Below, piece by piece: positions 54,117-55,792 of a stretch of 55,792 nucleotides of DNA (its first letter is position 1; each line of letters starts with the position of its first letter). Origin of the DNA: Piedraia hortae CBS 480.64. Its lineage: Eukaryota. The notes below the pieces were generated by a model. That model was not told the origin of the DNA and searched no databases. It saw only the letters and a program-made list of their open reading frames with translations. Both the position numbers and the translations under genes were made by a program. The stretch lies in NCBI GenBank assembly GCA_010093745.1, contig MU006008.1, positions 49,177-104,968 of the forward strand, read 5' to 3'.

Positions 54117-55298
54117 ATGCGTTCCGGTTTCGCTGCGGCTGCTTTCATGACTGGTGTTCTTGCCGTACCACAACTTCCCGGCCTTGGATCCGGATTGCCG
54201 AAGTTGCCGGGCCTGGGAGGTGGGCTGCCTGGTCTGGGAGGTGGGCTGCCTGGTCTAGGTTCTGGATTGCCAAAGTTGCCAGGCCTGGGAGGTGGGCTAC
54301 CGGGCCTGGGAGGATCCCCGACAGGTGCCTCCCCTTCCGGAATGCCAGGTGGACTCTTCCCAGGCGGTGGGATGGGAATGCCCGGTCAAGCTCCCCCACC
54401 TCGTCCATCGGGTCCGCCTCCTGCTCCAGGTACTTATGAAGCCAAGGTTCTCGAGGCGCACAACGTCCATCGGGCAAATCACTCAGCTCCCGACATTTGC
54501 TGGGATGCTGGGCTTGCTGCTACGGCTCAGAAGATTGCCGATACTTGCAAATACGAGCACAATACCCAGATGGACGGTGGTGGGTACGGCCAGAACATCG
54601 CTGCTGGTTACACCCCGGAACAGATCAAGGCGGTCATCACCAACGGATTCTACAACAGCGAAGTCAACGCCTTTGAAGGCCAATATGGCCAGGACAGCCC
54701 GTCAAACTTCGAGGCATGGGGCCATTTCACTCAGGTGGTGTGGAAGTCTTCTACTTTGGTTGGATGCGCTACCAAGGACTGCAGTAGCCAGGGACTGGCT
54801 AACGCTGGCGGCACGCCCCCATACTTCACCGTCTGCAACTACAAAAACCAAGGTACGATGAGCAACAAGTAGCTCTTTACATTCGCTGACGAAATCAAAA
54901 ACAGGCAACATGATGGGAACTTTCAAAGGTATGACTATCTACAAAATAACTGAAAACACCTAAACTAACGCCCAATAGCCAACGTCGGCGTCAGTCTTCA
55001 TAAGCCAACGGTGACGGAGGCGCAGCCCGGCGCGGATCTTAGCAACAGCGATTCTGGGAAGACAACACCACAGGACGGCTCTTCCGGCTCATCCCCTAGT
55101 GGTTATGGCTCCCCCTCTGGCAGTGGTTCCCCGTCCAGCGGTGGCTCTCCGTCTGGCTATGGCTCTCCCTCCGGCGGTGCTCCTTCCAGTGGCGAGGGAA
55201 GCTCTCCAGCTGGCGGCTCTCCTTCTGGAGGAGAAGGCAGCTCCCCTGCTGGTTACGGATCTCCTTCCGGCGGTTCTCCTGCTGGTTATATGGCTTGA
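54117..55298 (+). CDS. Secreted CAP/SCP (PR-1-like) protein with Gly/Pro/Leu N-terminal and Gly/Ser/Pro/Tyr C-terminal repeats; introns 54853-54904 and 54929-54978
   Basis: HNVHRANH, YGQNIA, GHFTQVVWKSS, spliced VCNYKNQG|NMMGTFK|ANV running in frame into ORF 55011-55298. Confidence 0.9.
54174..54317 (+). repeat. Coding tandem repeat (LPGLGSG-LPK-LPGLGGG-LPGLGG[G/S]) x2, 72-bp higher-order unit
   Basis: Read directly from the translation and the DNA. Confidence 0.9.
55077..55289 (+). repeat. Coding degenerate repeat of [Y/G/S]GSP[S/A]G units
   Basis: Read directly from the translation. Confidence 0.85.
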
Positions 55299-55792
55299 GC
55301 ATGTCTTCCAACAGCTTACCGCCCAGGCTGGACTAATGGTGTATTGAACTGTATCTATTCAACATGGAGCAATTTTCAAGCTCATGTTATGTTAAATTAA
55401 GTTTTTGGATATTACGATTGAAATTTCGTTAGCCCATCGACCCTAGTATAATGAGCAAACATCGGCGGGCCCCCGATGTTTGAAAAAAATGTTTGGTCTA
55501 AAAAGACGTCAAAATGATGGTAGAGTGCTCTAGAGTGCATGGAAAGGTGTTTTGGGAGATTCTGGAGGGGGTCGAAAAAATCCGCCTGCGATGTTTGCTT
55601 TCGGTTCGCCTAGGATGTTTGGTTTTTGCTGGACTTGTCGAGGCGAAATTTGAACAGGGTAATGAGATGGTCCCGATGCAGGTTAGGAAAAAAGTTGAGA
55701 TGATTCTAGTGGTTGGATGGCGATATAGGCAGGCAGTGGTTGGGGGTAGGGAGAGTAGTGGTGGGGGGATAGGGTTGGTAGTATATACCCCC

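Noticed and set aside
55480..55792. G/T-rich end as a telomeric repeat or transposon terminus
   Set aside because: No tandem TTAGGG units and no matching inverted terminus in the window
1..55792. Starship or other autonomous mobile element explaining the accessory islands
   Set aside because: No tyrosine recombinase, transposase, RT or integrase ORF recognised in the window

Overview
Eukaryotic DNA from a very gene-dense filamentous ascomycete. Evidence: 42-91 nt GT/GC-AG introns with CTRAC-type branch sites and intergenic gaps often under 150 bp. The core block from about 6.4 to 52 kb holds housekeeping genes: SMC6, cystathionine gamma-synthase, UTP22, TSR4, TAF5, MED11, an MFS transporter, PHO13, SAC1, AYR1, TFIIIA, an Rdx/SelW-like protein, NTO1, a DCR2-like phosphatase, a TRM61-like methyltransferase, PDE2 and a Myb protein. 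Accessory-looking zones interrupt it. (i) 1-6.1 kb: nested solo LTRs, an inverted pair of decayed paralogous ORFs, a 3-exon small secreted protein gene missed by the ORF track, a P-type ATPase relic and a tiny poly(A)/TSD retro-insertion. (ii) 27.0-33.2 kb: a solo LTR, coding relics and a convergent pair of secreted copper enzymes (AA11 LPMO and a bilirubin-oxidase-type multicopper oxidase). (iii) 52-55.8 kb: secreted proteins, including a CAP/PR-1 protein flanked by elastomer-like Gly/Pro/Ser repeats, and another solo LTR. I saw no tRNA, rRNA, CRISPR array or intact transposon. All calls come from motif reading by eye; no database searches were run.
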